From IMG/VR virus record IMGVR_UViG_3300045974_000359, positions 1-59,321 of that record: a stretch of 59,321 nucleotides of DNA; one strand, given 5' to 3'. A program made the position numbers and the translations under genes. Origin of the DNA: a virus (Duplodnaviria > Caudoviricetes). The notes beneath the pieces were generated by a model. It ran no database searches. It saw only the letters and a program-made list of their open reading frames with translations, and was not told where the DNA came from. How positions within the stretch are numbered: the stretch's first letter is position 1; every line of letters begins with the position of its first letter. Below are positions 32,343-41,988 of this stretch, in pieces.

Positions 32343-32682
32343 GGAAAATGTACCATATATGAAGAAACCTTGCGGAAACTGCCCATTCCGTAAGGATTCA
32401 GCTGGTATAAAATGTTTAGGTAAAAAGAGGGCTCAAGAAATTTCTAAACAAAATATGACCGATGGTTTCGTTTGTCATAAAACTGTAGATTATTCTAAAG
32501 AGAATGGTGAGATTGACTCAACCAGAAAACAATGTGCGGGTGCTTTAATTTTAGCCAAGAAAACTAAATCACCTCAACCATTTTTAGATTTATATGAGGG
32601 AATGTTTAAAGTAGAAATGGAATTGAATAATAAAGACGTCATAGTTGATACTTATGAGGAGTTCATAAATATTCAATCATAA
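32335..32682 (+). CDS. Cys-rich DUF6283-like protein
   Basis: PCGNCPFRKD, FVCHKT, QCAGA. Confidence 0.65.
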   Translation: MNKENVPYMKKPCGNCPFRKDSAGIKCLGKKRAQEISKQNMTDGFVCHKTVDYSKENGEIDSTRKQCAGALILAKKTKSPQPFLDLYEGMFKVEMELNNKDVIVDTYEEFINIQS

Positions 32683-32723
32683 CAAGTATTATTTTTAAAA
32701 ATTAGTAATTAAATAAAATAGAC

Positions 32724-33590
32724 ATGGATAATAAACTATTCTTATCATCAGATGACTTTGAAAATAAAAGATTGAATAAATCATTTTTTACAAACATCAA
32801 TAAAGGTATTTCTGAGCAACAATTTAGAAATCAATATCCAACTAATAAATTTGATGCCTTTGAAAAAGGTATGGTTGAAAATTGGATAAAAGAAACTTAT
32901 GAATCAACAGGTGGAGAAATCATTAAAGGTGGATTCAACGATACTGAAGATGTTTCAAAAGTATTGGAGAATATGAAATCTCAAGTTACCTTACTAAAGG
33001 GAGTTATTGTTGAAAATGAATTAGGTGAAGTGAAAGAAATTTTTGTAATGCCTAAACAAGAAGTTTTATCAGAAGAGTCAACCACAGGTTCAGCTATTGA
33101 AAAAGGTAAAGATTCAGACCAACTTGAAAAAGGTAAAATTAAAGATGCCTTATATTACTCAGAATTGAAAATTGTTTTTCAAAAAACTGGTAAAGAAATA
33201 AAAGAAAAATTAGTTTCAATCAAAACGAGAGAAACTGCTAAACTTGCTGAATTACAAGTTAAATTAGATTTATTGAAAGATAAATTTAGTTACCAACCGA
33301 CTGAGAAATATTCCTATGAGGATAGCGATGATACGCTAAAAACATTTAAATGGGATATGACTTATGAAAGTAAAACTGCTTGCGATAATAACGTAATTCA
33401 ATTCAATGAAACTGAATCAGGAACATTAACTAATGAGGAATGTAAACTTCATAGAGAATGGAATGATACTGTTTATTCATATCGTGACGTAAAACAAGAA
33501 ATCGATGCTATTAGTTTACTTGAGGAAAATCTTGAGGAAACTAAAAAATATGAGTTGACTGCTCGACAAATGCTTAATTTTGGTTTCTAA
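32724..33590 (+). CDS. Putative internal head (cargo) protein
   Basis: Late motif upstream; seven hydrophobic-x-K-[G/S] sites in the N-terminal half. Confidence 0.5.
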   Translation: MDNKLFLSSDDFENKRLNKSFFTNINKGISEQQFRNQYPTNKFDAFEKGMVENWIKETYESTGGEIIKGGFNDTEDVSKVLENMKSQVTLLKGVIVENELGEVKEIFVMPKQEVLSEESTTGSAIEKGKDSDQLEKGKIKDALYYSELKIVFQKTGKEIKEKLVSIKTRETAKLAELQVKLDLLKDKFSYQPTEKYSYEDSDDTLKTFKWDMTYESKTACDNNVIQFNETESGTLTNEECKLHREWNDTVYSYRDVKQEIDAISLLEENLEETKKYELTARQMLNFGF

Positions 33591-33609
33591 TTTTCCATGT
33601 CTGCTGTTT

Positions 33610-33645
33610 GAGATGCCTTTGTAAAAGAAGGCATTTCACTTTTAA
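33610..33645 (+). terminator. Hairpin terminator
   Basis: gagatgcctt/aaggcatttc stem followed by actttt. Confidence 0.55.
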
Positions 33646-33671
33646 CATAGTTATTAAATAAAATAGTAATT

Positions 33672-34212
33672 ATGGCACCGACATCATTTTCAGCTAAAGG
33701 TAAAATTATCAGCATAGAAACTGTTAGAGAATTTGGCGATGTAAGATATTTAGAGTTAAAGATTGAATTACAAACATCACTTCAGATATTAGATTTTTAT
33801 ATTACAGAAAATAGTAATACTCCAAGAGCATTTCAACTTATAAGAAAAAATTTTGGAGAATATGGAGCATATCAAATTAATGAAGAAATTCAATTTGATT
33901 TTAATATCGTAAAGAATAAAAAAGATGAAACTAAATTAAAGATTTGGTCAATCTACAATAAAGGATTTAAAAATGGAATGGAAAGTTAAAATTGAAGAGC
34001 AATTAAAACAAGCAACTAATCAACGTAAAATCTCAACACCCTTAAAGAAATTAGTAAAAATAGTTTTAAGTGGAGATACAAGGTTTAATTTAGTGTATTC
34101 GAGTAGTAGAGAGCAATATGTTACTTTAGTTTTTAGAGAAACATTATCAAAACTTACTTCTTCAATACTTTTGAAAAATGGTTATAAACAAATTTACTTA
34201 AATAACAAATAA
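33672..34212 (+). CDS. Two hypothetical ORFs (33672-33989 OB-fold-like; 33973-34212)
   Basis: Coupled ORFs upstream of the modification genes. Confidence 0.45.
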
Positions 34213-35270
34213 TGGGATATGCTGAAGACAATCCAAGGACAAAGCAATATTTGCCTGACGATACTTTAGATGTATGTGAAGAAAATTTACATCTATTCTT
34301 TAAAACAATGTTTGATAGACAAAACATATGGTTTAAAAGATTTATTGAAAAGAAACCTGCTCCATGGACAAAAGATAAATTTCTAAAGGACTTTAAATTT
34401 ACAAATGTTTATAGAGAACTTGATAGAAATTCTCAATTTCAAATAGAGAATTTTTTCAAAAATCCTATTAGTAAAGTTGACCGAAAAGAATTGATTTGGA
34501 AAATAATGTTTTTCAGATTTTTTAATCAGCCTGAGTTTTTCAAGTTCATAGAAAAATTTACTATGGATGCGGATGAAGCAGGTGCTTGCGATTTTTCTTT
34601 TATAGGAATGATTCCAAGATATGAAAGATTTAAACCTGAGGAACTAAAACAACTAATGGAAGCATATAGAGAACAAGGTGGAAATCCTTTTACTAATGCT
34701 TATTTAACAAACTCTCAAGCATGCCCAGGCAAAACAAGAGATGAATGTTTCGCATTTAAAGTAATTCCTACTTTACATTCATTAATTCCTAAAATATCAA
34801 AAACTTTATTGTTAGCAAAAAGTCCTGACGATATCATAAAATTACTTTTGACACTTCCATCAGTTTCTCATTTTATGGCTCATGAATTTTATCAAGACTT
34901 TACATATGCTCCAAGATACTCTGGAATAAAATTAATGAAGTTTGACCAAGATGATTACACGAATGTTGGACCAGGTGCGGAAGTAGGAATAAGATTGATA
35001 TTTCCAAATAGAAAAAATAAAACCGAGAAACTACAAGCAATATATGACTTGAGAGATTTAGCGGTTGATTATCTTGAGCAGTTTGGAGATTTTAAATATT
35101 TAGCATACAATTCAATATCAGGCAATTATTTAGTAGATTACAATAAACCTCAAATAACTCTTCATCAAATAGAAATGTGGTTATGTGAATTTCAAAAATA
35201 TTGGAAGATGCTAATTGGAGAGGGTAAACAAAGAAGTCAATTTCAACCAAAAACAATAATTAATAAATAA
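34212..35270 (+). CDS. 5-hmdU DNA kinase / aGPT-pyrophosphorylase family protein
   Basis: PWTKD.FL..FKFTNVYRELDR, FRFFN, F.A.E...D, GPGA, IE..LCEFQKY. Confidence 0.85.
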   Translation: MGYAEDNPRTKQYLPDDTLDVCEENLHLFFKTMFDRQNIWFKRFIEKKPAPWTKDKFLKDFKFTNVYRELDRNSQFQIENFFKNPISKVDRKELIWKIMFFRFFNQPEFFKFIEKFTMDADEAGACDFSFIGMIPRYERFKPEELKQLMEAYREQGGNPFTNAYLTNSQACPGKTRDECFAFKVIPTLHSLIPKISKTLLLAKSPDDIIKLLLTLPSVSHFMAHEFYQDFTYAPRYSGIKLMKFDQDDYTNVGPGAEVGIRLIFPNRKNKTEKLQAIYDLRDLAVDYLEQFGDFKYLAYNSISGNYLVDYNKPQITLHQIEMWLCEFQKYWKMLIGEGKQRSQFQPKTIINK

Positions 35271-35276
35271 ATAAAA

Positions 35277-36293
35277 ATGGAAAATGTAGCAAAACTTATC
35301 AAATATTTTGAAAAGAAAAAATTAGAAATTCGTGAGAAAAAAACAGTGATAGGAATTTATCATGAAAATCTTCAACTATTTTCAATCAACTCAATTAGAG
35401 TTAAAGAAGATGAAGCAATAATGAATTTTACTTTTAATATTTTAAAGGAAAATAAAAGTGTATTGGAAGACATTGACGGAATTGATATTGAAAAAACTCC
35501 ATTCTTGAAAAACGTTTCTGAATCAGAACTTTTGAAAATATTAAAAGATAATGATTTAGTTCATGAGTCAAAAAAATTAACTGACTTTGATGAAGTTCAA
35601 GAAAATTATGAATTAGCAGTTGCTGAAAATAAGGATGGTAAAACTGTAGAATATAGAAAAAATCTTCCAACAGAAATTCATATTGTTCAGGCGGTTTTCA
35701 AATCAAACGAATATATTAACAAAGGTTTGAAATTATCTAAAAAAGATGTTGTTTTAGATTTAGGTGGAAATATAGGATGTTTCTCTTGCGAAATTTTTGA
35801 CCGAGTTAAAAAAGTTATTGCTTTTGAGCCAGAAGATGTTAATTTCAAATTCTTTACTAATAATGTAAATAGAAATAAAGCAACTAATGTAGAAGCACAT
35901 AAAGCTGCCGTTGTAGGTAACTCAGATGAAGTTAGAAAACTTTATTTAGGCAAAGTACCATATTACTATTCTTTTTTAGTTACAAATAATCGTAAACCTG
36001 TAGAAGTTCAATGTATTAATATCAACGACTTAATACAAGCATATAACCCAACTAAAATGAAAATTGATATAGAGGGTGCTGAATTAGAAGTTATGCTTGG
36101 AGTTACGGACTTTAAAAATGTAAATCAAATCATATTTGAATATAATTTCGATATGAATGGAGATTTAAAGTCAGGATATGAAAATTTTACTAAATTAAAA
36201 AAGCATCTTAAAAATAACGGATTTGATATTTCAGATTTAAACAAAGATTTAAAGAGAAATTGGAATATGGTATTTTTGGTAAATAAAAAATAG
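35277..36293 (+). CDS. FkbM-family SAM-dependent methyltransferase
   Basis: VLDLGGNIG, IAFEP..NF, KIDIEGAE, IFEY. Confidence 0.9.
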   Translation: MENVAKLIKYFEKKKLEIREKKTVIGIYHENLQLFSINSIRVKEDEAIMNFTFNILKENKSVLEDIDGIDIEKTPFLKNVSESELLKILKDNDLVHESKKLTDFDEVQENYELAVAENKDGKTVEYRKNLPTEIHIVQAVFKSNEYINKGLKLSKKDVVLDLGGNIGCFSCEIFDRVKKVIAFEPEDVNFKFFTNNVNRNKATNVEAHKAAVVGNSDEVRKLYLGKVPYYYSFLVTNNRKPVEVQCININDLIQAYNPTKMKIDIEGAELEVMLGVTDFKNVNQIIFEYNFDMNGDLKSGYENFTKLKKHLKNNGFDISDLNKDLKRNWNMVFLVNKK

Positions 36294-36321
36294 TTTTTAA
36301 AAACAAGTATTATTTTGTTAT

Positions 36322-36379
36322 AAATATTAGCTGAGCATTGGGATTATCGAATGATAAGTAACTTTATCAGCTAATATTT
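36322..36379 (+). promoter_or_regulatory. Long stem-loop in a 5' leader
   Basis: 13-bp perfect inverted repeat aaatattagctga/tcagctaatattt enclosing a ttatc-gaat-gataa hairpin. Confidence 0.6.
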
Positions 36380-36412
36380 TAAAAACAATATTCAATTTTA
36401 AAAAAGAATAAA

Positions 36413-36874
36413 ATGAGTAATACGAATAAAAGACTGATTTATACATTTCAAAGTACTGAGGATTCAGATATGTTCTATGTTATAGGAACTATTTTTGTAG
36501 GTGAAAGTTTACAAGTAATAGATTCAATTTCATTTTCTGATAAATGGAAGAGTTACGATACTGTAGGATTAACAGAAAAACAATTGCTATCTAAATTTGA
36601 TAAAATAGGAGCATCTGTTTTAGGAATGTCTCAAACAGATTTTGATACTCAATATGCTGCTAATAGAAAGCAATTTCTTAATGACAATATGGATAATTTT
36701 ATAGACACTTTGTTAGATTTCAATAATTCTAATGGTGTGACTAATTTTCCATTTCAAGTGGGACATCAATTTGCGAATATCCAAAAAAACATAGATGACT
36801 ATTTAGAAACAGTTACTATTATTTATGAGATGAAAAAGAATTTTGAAAATAAACCTTATATAATTGAAGAATAA
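36413..36874 (+). CDS. Hypothetical late protein
   Basis: First ORF after the late motif at 36304. Confidence 0.55.
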   Translation: MSNTNKRLIYTFQSTEDSDMFYVIGTIFVGESLQVIDSISFSDKWKSYDTVGLTEKQLLSKFDKIGASVLGMSQTDFDTQYAANRKQFLNDNMDNFIDTLLDFNNSNGVTNFPFQVGHQFANIQKNIDDYLETVTIIYEMKKNFENKPYIIEE

Positions 36875-37080
36875 TGGACACTATCAGAAAAGCAATACAA
36901 GAAAACCAAGCTCAAAGAAAATTACATATTTTAAAGAGTTTTATGAATGGGGATGATAAACCTGACTCTGGAGAGCATGAAAGTATTACAGATGCTGAAA
37001 AGGAATTAGATTCAGATATTACTAATGATGATGTTGCGACAGGTGAAGTTGAAAGTTGGAAGAAAAATAAAACTAAATAA
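36874..37080 (+). CDS. Small putative internal head protein
   Basis: Leader IQENQAQRKLHILKSF shared with the next gene. Confidence 0.55.
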   Translation: MDTIRKAIQENQAQRKLHILKSFMNGDDKPDSGEHESITDAEKELDSDITNDDVATGEVESWKKNKTK

Positions 37081-37082
37081 TA

Positions 37083-37964
37083 ATGGAAGATTTTAGAAGA
37101 AATATTCAAGAAAAACAGGCTGAAAGAAAACTTCATATTTTGAAGTCATTTACAGAAACAGAAAATAGTTTTGAAAAGGGTCATATGGATTTTGATTCAT
37201 CTAATACTCCAAAAGGCAAAAGTAATCTTACTAAAAAAACTATAACCGATAAAAATGGTCATCAAACTACAAAATGGGTTAAGCAAGGTGAAGATGTAAA
37301 AGATGAAAAGAAACCTAAAGAGGAAACTACTGATTCAAAATCTGAAGCAAAAAGTCCTGAAGACCATGCTAAAGAAACATCTACTGAAGACTTGAAAAAG
37401 TATTTAGATACTCAATCCAGAAATAAAGACCAAGATGATAATACTAAATCAGCAATTGCCGCTGCTGAAAAAGAACTTAAATCAAGAGGTGATGATACTG
37501 AAAATTATTCTTGGGATGATGATAAGGCTTTAAAGAAAGTTTTTGATAAATACCTTAAAGATGGCGGTGGTACTACTGTTGATGCTATCAACGCTTGGAG
37601 TGAAGATACTAATGAGAGTTATGAAGATATAGCTGATAAATTAGTTGATTTAAAGTTAGTAAAAAAAGAAGATGCTTTTCCAGATGAATCTGAAAAAATA
37701 AGTCATGAACAACATATGCTTTTATCTGAAGCAATGGGAGATGGTTCTGAATATAAGGATGCCGATGAATTTTTAGAGCAAGTTAAAGATGGAGAAGTTA
37801 CGATGCAAAGTGACGACTTCAAGGATTTATCAGATGAAACTATAAAAAATTGGTTTGATGAAAATTTAGCTGCTAAACAGGAAAATGATTTACATAATAA
37901 ATTAAGTAAAGTAGATAAATCAGTTCAAGATTTAAAGAAACATTTAACTCCAAAAAAAGAGTAG
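37083..37964 (+). CDS. Putative internal head/ejected protein
   Basis: Leader IQEKQAERKLHILKSF, FEKG site, KKTITDKNGHQTTKWVK module, acidic body. Confidence 0.55.
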   Translation: MEDFRRNIQEKQAERKLHILKSFTETENSFEKGHMDFDSSNTPKGKSNLTKKTITDKNGHQTTKWVKQGEDVKDEKKPKEETTDSKSEAKSPEDHAKETSTEDLKKYLDTQSRNKDQDDNTKSAIAAAEKELKSRGDDTENYSWDDDKALKKVFDKYLKDGGGTTVDAINAWSEDTNESYEDIADKLVDLKLVKKEDAFPDESEKISHEQHMLLSEAMGDGSEYKDADEFLEQVKDGEVTMQSDDFKDLSDETIKNWFDENLAAKQENDLHNKLSKVDKSVQDLKKHLTPKKE

Positions 37965-37992
37965 GTTTCAAAATAAAATATAAAGGAAAGTT

Positions 37993-39588
37993 ATGTCAGA
38001 AATATCAAAGAATTTAGATGGGGTTGACCACTTAATATCAAAACTATCTATAAAGAAACAATTACTACTTCAAAAGGCGATGGCAAGTTCATCGCCAAAC
38101 GATATTTTAAAGGCTCAAAAAATTCTTCAAGGAATAGAGAACAGAGACAAGTCAGAAAAAAAATCATACATTCTTGACCCATTCGATTTTAATCAAACGT
38201 TTGGATATAAAGATAAACCTTTTATGATGAGTTATTCGACATTGAGAAATATGTCTAAAACACCTGTTATAAATGCGATTATAAAAACAAGAAAAAATCA
38301 AATTGCTGACTTTGCCGAACCTCAAGCTGATAAGTATTCAACAGGTTTCATAATTAGAAAAAAACTAAAATTTGGTCAAAATAGTAATGATAAACCTACT
38401 GATGAAGAATTAAGAATAATTGATGAAATTACAGATTTCATATTACATTGTGGAAATGGTAGCAATTGGGAGAATGACGACTTTGAAACATTCATTCGTA
38501 AGATAACTGAAGATAGTTTAGTTTTTGACCAAATGACTTTTGAAGTAACTCGTGATAAGTCTGGTAAACCTTATGAATTTTTCGCAACGGATGCTGCTAC
38601 ATATAGAATAGCTGATTCATATAATGATGACGAATATTCTGAAAAGGGCGGTAGATTATCAGAACAAAAAAATGGTTATTATCCAAGTTACGTTCAAGTT
38701 TTAAATGGAGAAATAAAAGCTGAGTTTTATCCTTGGGAATTATGTTTTGGAGTTAGAAATCCATCTACTAATATAAGTAATGTTGGTTATGGTATTTCTG
38801 AGCTTGAGGAGTTGGTTACAACAGTTACTTCTATGTTATGGGCAGAAGAGTATAACAGAAGATTTTTCAGTCAAGGTTCAGCACCTAAAGGATTGTTGAG
38901 AGTTAAAGGTCAAGTTAATGAAAAAGAATTATCTGCCTTTAGACAACAATGGAACGGAATGGTTCAAGGGGTTCAAAACGCTTGGAAGACACCTATTGTG
39001 GATGCTGATATAGATTGGATTGATTTACAAAAGAATAACCGAGATATGGAATATAATGCTTGGTTAGAATTTTTAATAAAAGTTTCTTGCGCCATATACT
39101 CTATTGACCCTAATGAAATTGGATTTAATATAAATGGTTCAAGCGGTTCAGCACCTATGTTTGAGGGTAAAAATGAACAAAAATTAAAACATTCAAAAGA
39201 TAAAGGTTTATATCCAATATTAAAATTCATTCAAAGAAAACTTAACAAGTATGTCGTTGCTCAACTTAATCCAGATTATGAATTTTTATTCGTAGGATTG
39301 AATGGAGTTACTATTCAAGAGGAACTTGAAATGGATATTAAAAAATCAACTTCACTTTATACTATTAATGAAATACGTCAAAAAAGAGGTGATGAACCTA
39401 TTGACGGTGGAGATATTATTTTGAATCCTACTTTTACTCAATCTAAAATGATGGCTGAACAAGCTGCTCAAGCAGGACAAGGTGGACAAGATGTAAACCC
39501 CTTTTTAATGAACGATGATGAAGATAATTTAGAGGATGACGATGAAAATCCTTTTTTGAAATCATTTTTAAATAATTTAGAAAAATAA
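37993..39588 (+). CDS. Portal protein
   Basis: AIIKTRKNQ, YGISELE, YNRRFFSQGSAPKG, DPNEIGF, TINEIR..RG..PI.GGD. Confidence 0.92.
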   Translation: MSEISKNLDGVDHLISKLSIKKQLLLQKAMASSSPNDILKAQKILQGIENRDKSEKKSYILDPFDFNQTFGYKDKPFMMSYSTLRNMSKTPVINAIIKTRKNQIADFAEPQADKYSTGFIIRKKLKFGQNSNDKPTDEELRIIDEITDFILHCGNGSNWENDDFETFIRKITEDSLVFDQMTFEVTRDKSGKPYEFFATDAATYRIADSYNDDEYSEKGGRLSEQKNGYYPSYVQVLNGEIKAEFYPWELCFGVRNPSTNISNVGYGISELEELVTTVTSMLWAEEYNRRFFSQGSAPKGLLRVKGQVNEKELSAFRQQWNGMVQGVQNAWKTPIVDADIDWIDLQKNNRDMEYNAWLEFLIKVSCAIYSIDPNEIGFNINGSSGSAPMFEGKNEQKLKHSKDKGLYPILKFIQRKLNKYVVAQLNPDYEFLFVGLNGVTIQEELEMDIKKSTSLYTINEIRQKRGDEPIDGGDIILNPTFTQSKMMAEQAAQAGQGGQDVNPFLMNDDEDNLEDDDENPFLKSFLNNLEK

Positions 39589-39593
39589 CAGTT

Positions 39594-41777
39594 ATGGCTG
39601 GAGAAAACGAAATAAGAGGCACGAAAAATTTAGGATTAATACAGGCTATATATGCTGGAATTAATCCTCCATTGAATACTAAAATAATTTGGTATGACGA
39701 TAATGTAGGTGTAAAATTACATAAGTATTATGACGTAACAATATCTCAATGGGTACCATTCGGAGGTAACGGAACTATAACTATAAATGGACATTATGTT
39801 TACATAGCATTCTCTTCAGATTGTAGTGGGGCAGATTTTAGTTTTACATTTGATGTAAATACACATACTCATACATCAATACTTTCATCAATCAATCCTA
39901 TTCCTAATAATCAATTAGTTCCAAATTTATTTAAAAATAAATGGATTAAATTTTGCGGAGATGAAAAGGGTGGTAATTATACTTACATAGCATTCGCTGA
40001 CGATTGTGATGGTAATAATTTTGGACTTGAACCTACTTATATTGGTGATTGCGGAAAATGTGAAATTGTAGATGGATATAAACCTTTTACTAAACCATCT
40101 GATGGATTACAATATGATTTAGTAGTTGACGGAACAACTGCTAATTTATCCTTTTCAGGCATAAGTCCTAAAACTATTGAAATTGATTTATATTTAGGAG
40201 GTAAAAAATTACTTGATGGATTACAATATTGTATAAAATTAAAAGTGCCTGGATATGTGAAGAATAAGTTTTACATTAGATTAGATGGTTCAGAGGTTGG
40301 TGGATATAGTTTTATTCCTAATGGTCAAGACCAAGAAATAAAATTCAAGAAAATAAATAATGGTTCAAAATTATATATTGAGTTTTATGAATCAAAAAAA
40401 GAATTGCGTGGAGAACTATCTTTTCAAATAGGAACTGAGGCTTGTTGTGAAGATAAGACTAAATGTAAAAAATGTAGAAAGTGTTGGGCAATAATAACTT
40501 CTGATACTCCAATTTTAGAATTATCTGCTGAAAATTTTAAAGATAAATGGGTTTGCGATTGTAGTTGTAATGATTCTGGTAGTAATGCCGATATTTTAAA
40601 TTTACAACAATTAATATATAATCTTGCTGAGATTCAAGTTTCAGACAAAGAGGAACTTTTGAAATTAATTAATGAACTTTATTCTTTACAAAAAAGTTTA
40701 ACTGAAGTCGTTCAAAATAATTACAATTCACTATCAGAAACTATAAATAAAAATAATCAAGCAATCTATTCATCAATAAAAAACATCAATAAACAAATAA
40801 ATGAAATTTTAATTTCTTTAGGTTTGATGCAAACTCAAGTAGATGATATAAATAAGGCATTGTCTGACGAAATATTTAATCCACGAGTAATAGCGTTAAT
40901 TGCTCAGAATTCAGGCAACGTAACTATTAATGAGAAGTTACAAATAATTGCTAATTCAAGTAATTTAGAATTAAAGTGGAAAAATAGAGATAGATTTTAT
41001 TACAAAAAACCTGAGCAAAATACAGTAGGTGTTCAAGACAGTATCTATACAAGAAATGGATTTATAGGATATGTTGAACCTACATTAGATGAATTTGGAG
41101 GAGTTAGATATATTACAGATTCAAAAGTTAAAGGTGGGGCGGTTCCAGCAAAAAAGGGTAAGGCTCAAGCAGTTCCTTTTTCTGAAGAAAGAAATCTTTG
41201 GGAAATTGATTTAATAAATAATCTTGTAATTAATCTTGATAAAAAAACTTGGAATTATATAAAAGATTTAAAACCCTTTATACAAATAACGAGATATAAA
41301 AATTCAAAAAATAAAGGAGCAGAAAATGTAAATTTCACAGGTGGAGTTGAAAAAAACATTAATCATACAAGTACATCTGGATTTAAAGTAAATAAAAAAG
41401 CACCTGCCTTTAGACCATCTAAAATTTACATAAATTCTAATTTTCAAGTTATAGATTTTGGACAAGAACATTACTTCAGAACAGACCAATATTTTTCAAG
41501 AGGTGAAACAGGCGGTATCTTAAATAGAGTTAAAGCAAGAGGGTTGTTAAATAGATTTGATACAACATTTCAATCAAATAAACCATATCAAAATGAAAAA
41601 ATGATTACAAAAAAATCTTGGATTTATTTAGAATTTAGTATTGGTTTTGAATATAATAAAACTGAAATTATATCTAAACCATTAAATAGATTAAAAATGA
41701 CATTTACTCTTGAAGATGGAAATGGGGATAATGGTTATGTAAAAAGATTAAATAGTATCAAATTCAAGTATGTATAA
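39594..41777 (+). CDS. Fibre/decoration-like virion protein with a basic C-terminal domain
   Basis: Repeated Y.YIAF..DC.G.[DN]F motifs, Cys clusters, central coiled coil. Confidence 0.55.
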   Translation: MAGENEIRGTKNLGLIQAIYAGINPPLNTKIIWYDDNVGVKLHKYYDVTISQWVPFGGNGTITINGHYVYIAFSSDCSGADFSFTFDVNTHTHTSILSSINPIPNNQLVPNLFKNKWIKFCGDEKGGNYTYIAFADDCDGNNFGLEPTYIGDCGKCEIVDGYKPFTKPSDGLQYDLVVDGTTANLSFSGISPKTIEIDLYLGGKKLLDGLQYCIKLKVPGYVKNKFYIRLDGSEVGGYSFIPNGQDQEIKFKKINNGSKLYIEFYESKKELRGELSFQIGTEACCEDKTKCKKCRKCWAIITSDTPILELSAENFKDKWVCDCSCNDSGSNADILNLQQLIYNLAEIQVSDKEELLKLINELYSLQKSLTEVVQNNYNSLSETINKNNQAIYSSIKNINKQINEILISLGLMQTQVDDINKALSDEIFNPRVIALIAQNSGNVTINEKLQIIANSSNLELKWKNRDRFYYKKPEQNTVGVQDSIYTRNGFIGYVEPTLDEFGGVRYITDSKVKGGAVPAKKGKAQAVPFSEERNLWEIDLINNLVINLDKKTWNYIKDLKPFIQITRYKNSKNKGAENVNFTGGVEKNINHTSTSGFKVNKKAPAFRPSKIYINSNFQVIDFGQEHYFRTDQYFSRGETGGILNRVKARGLLNRFDTTFQSNKPYQNEKMITKKSWIYLEFSIGFEYNKTEIISKPLNRLKMTFTLEDGNGDNGYVKRLNSIKFKYV

Positions 41778-41780
41778 CTT

Positions 41781-41970
41781 ATAGGAGGGTGTAGAGGTGA
41801 GTAAAAGATGTAACTGATTACATATTGAATTATGTATAAGTATCATTCAAATACAGATTTGAATTCGCATTTAAGATTTAAGAACGTGGTAATAGTTTAC
41901 TATTATCGTGTTTGGTAATTGGCTGCTGAGATAATCATTTAAATGAATACTTCTTGAATCACCCTCTTAT
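41781..41970 (+). ncRNA. Putative structured non-coding RNA 1
   Basis: Closed by ataggagggtg/caccctcttat; inner hairpins atgtaa/ttacat, attcaaat/atttgaat and a 13-bp aacgtggtaatag/ctattatcgtgtt stem with G-U pairs. Confidence 0.6.
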
Positions 41971-41988
41971 TTTTAAAATAAAGAAATT

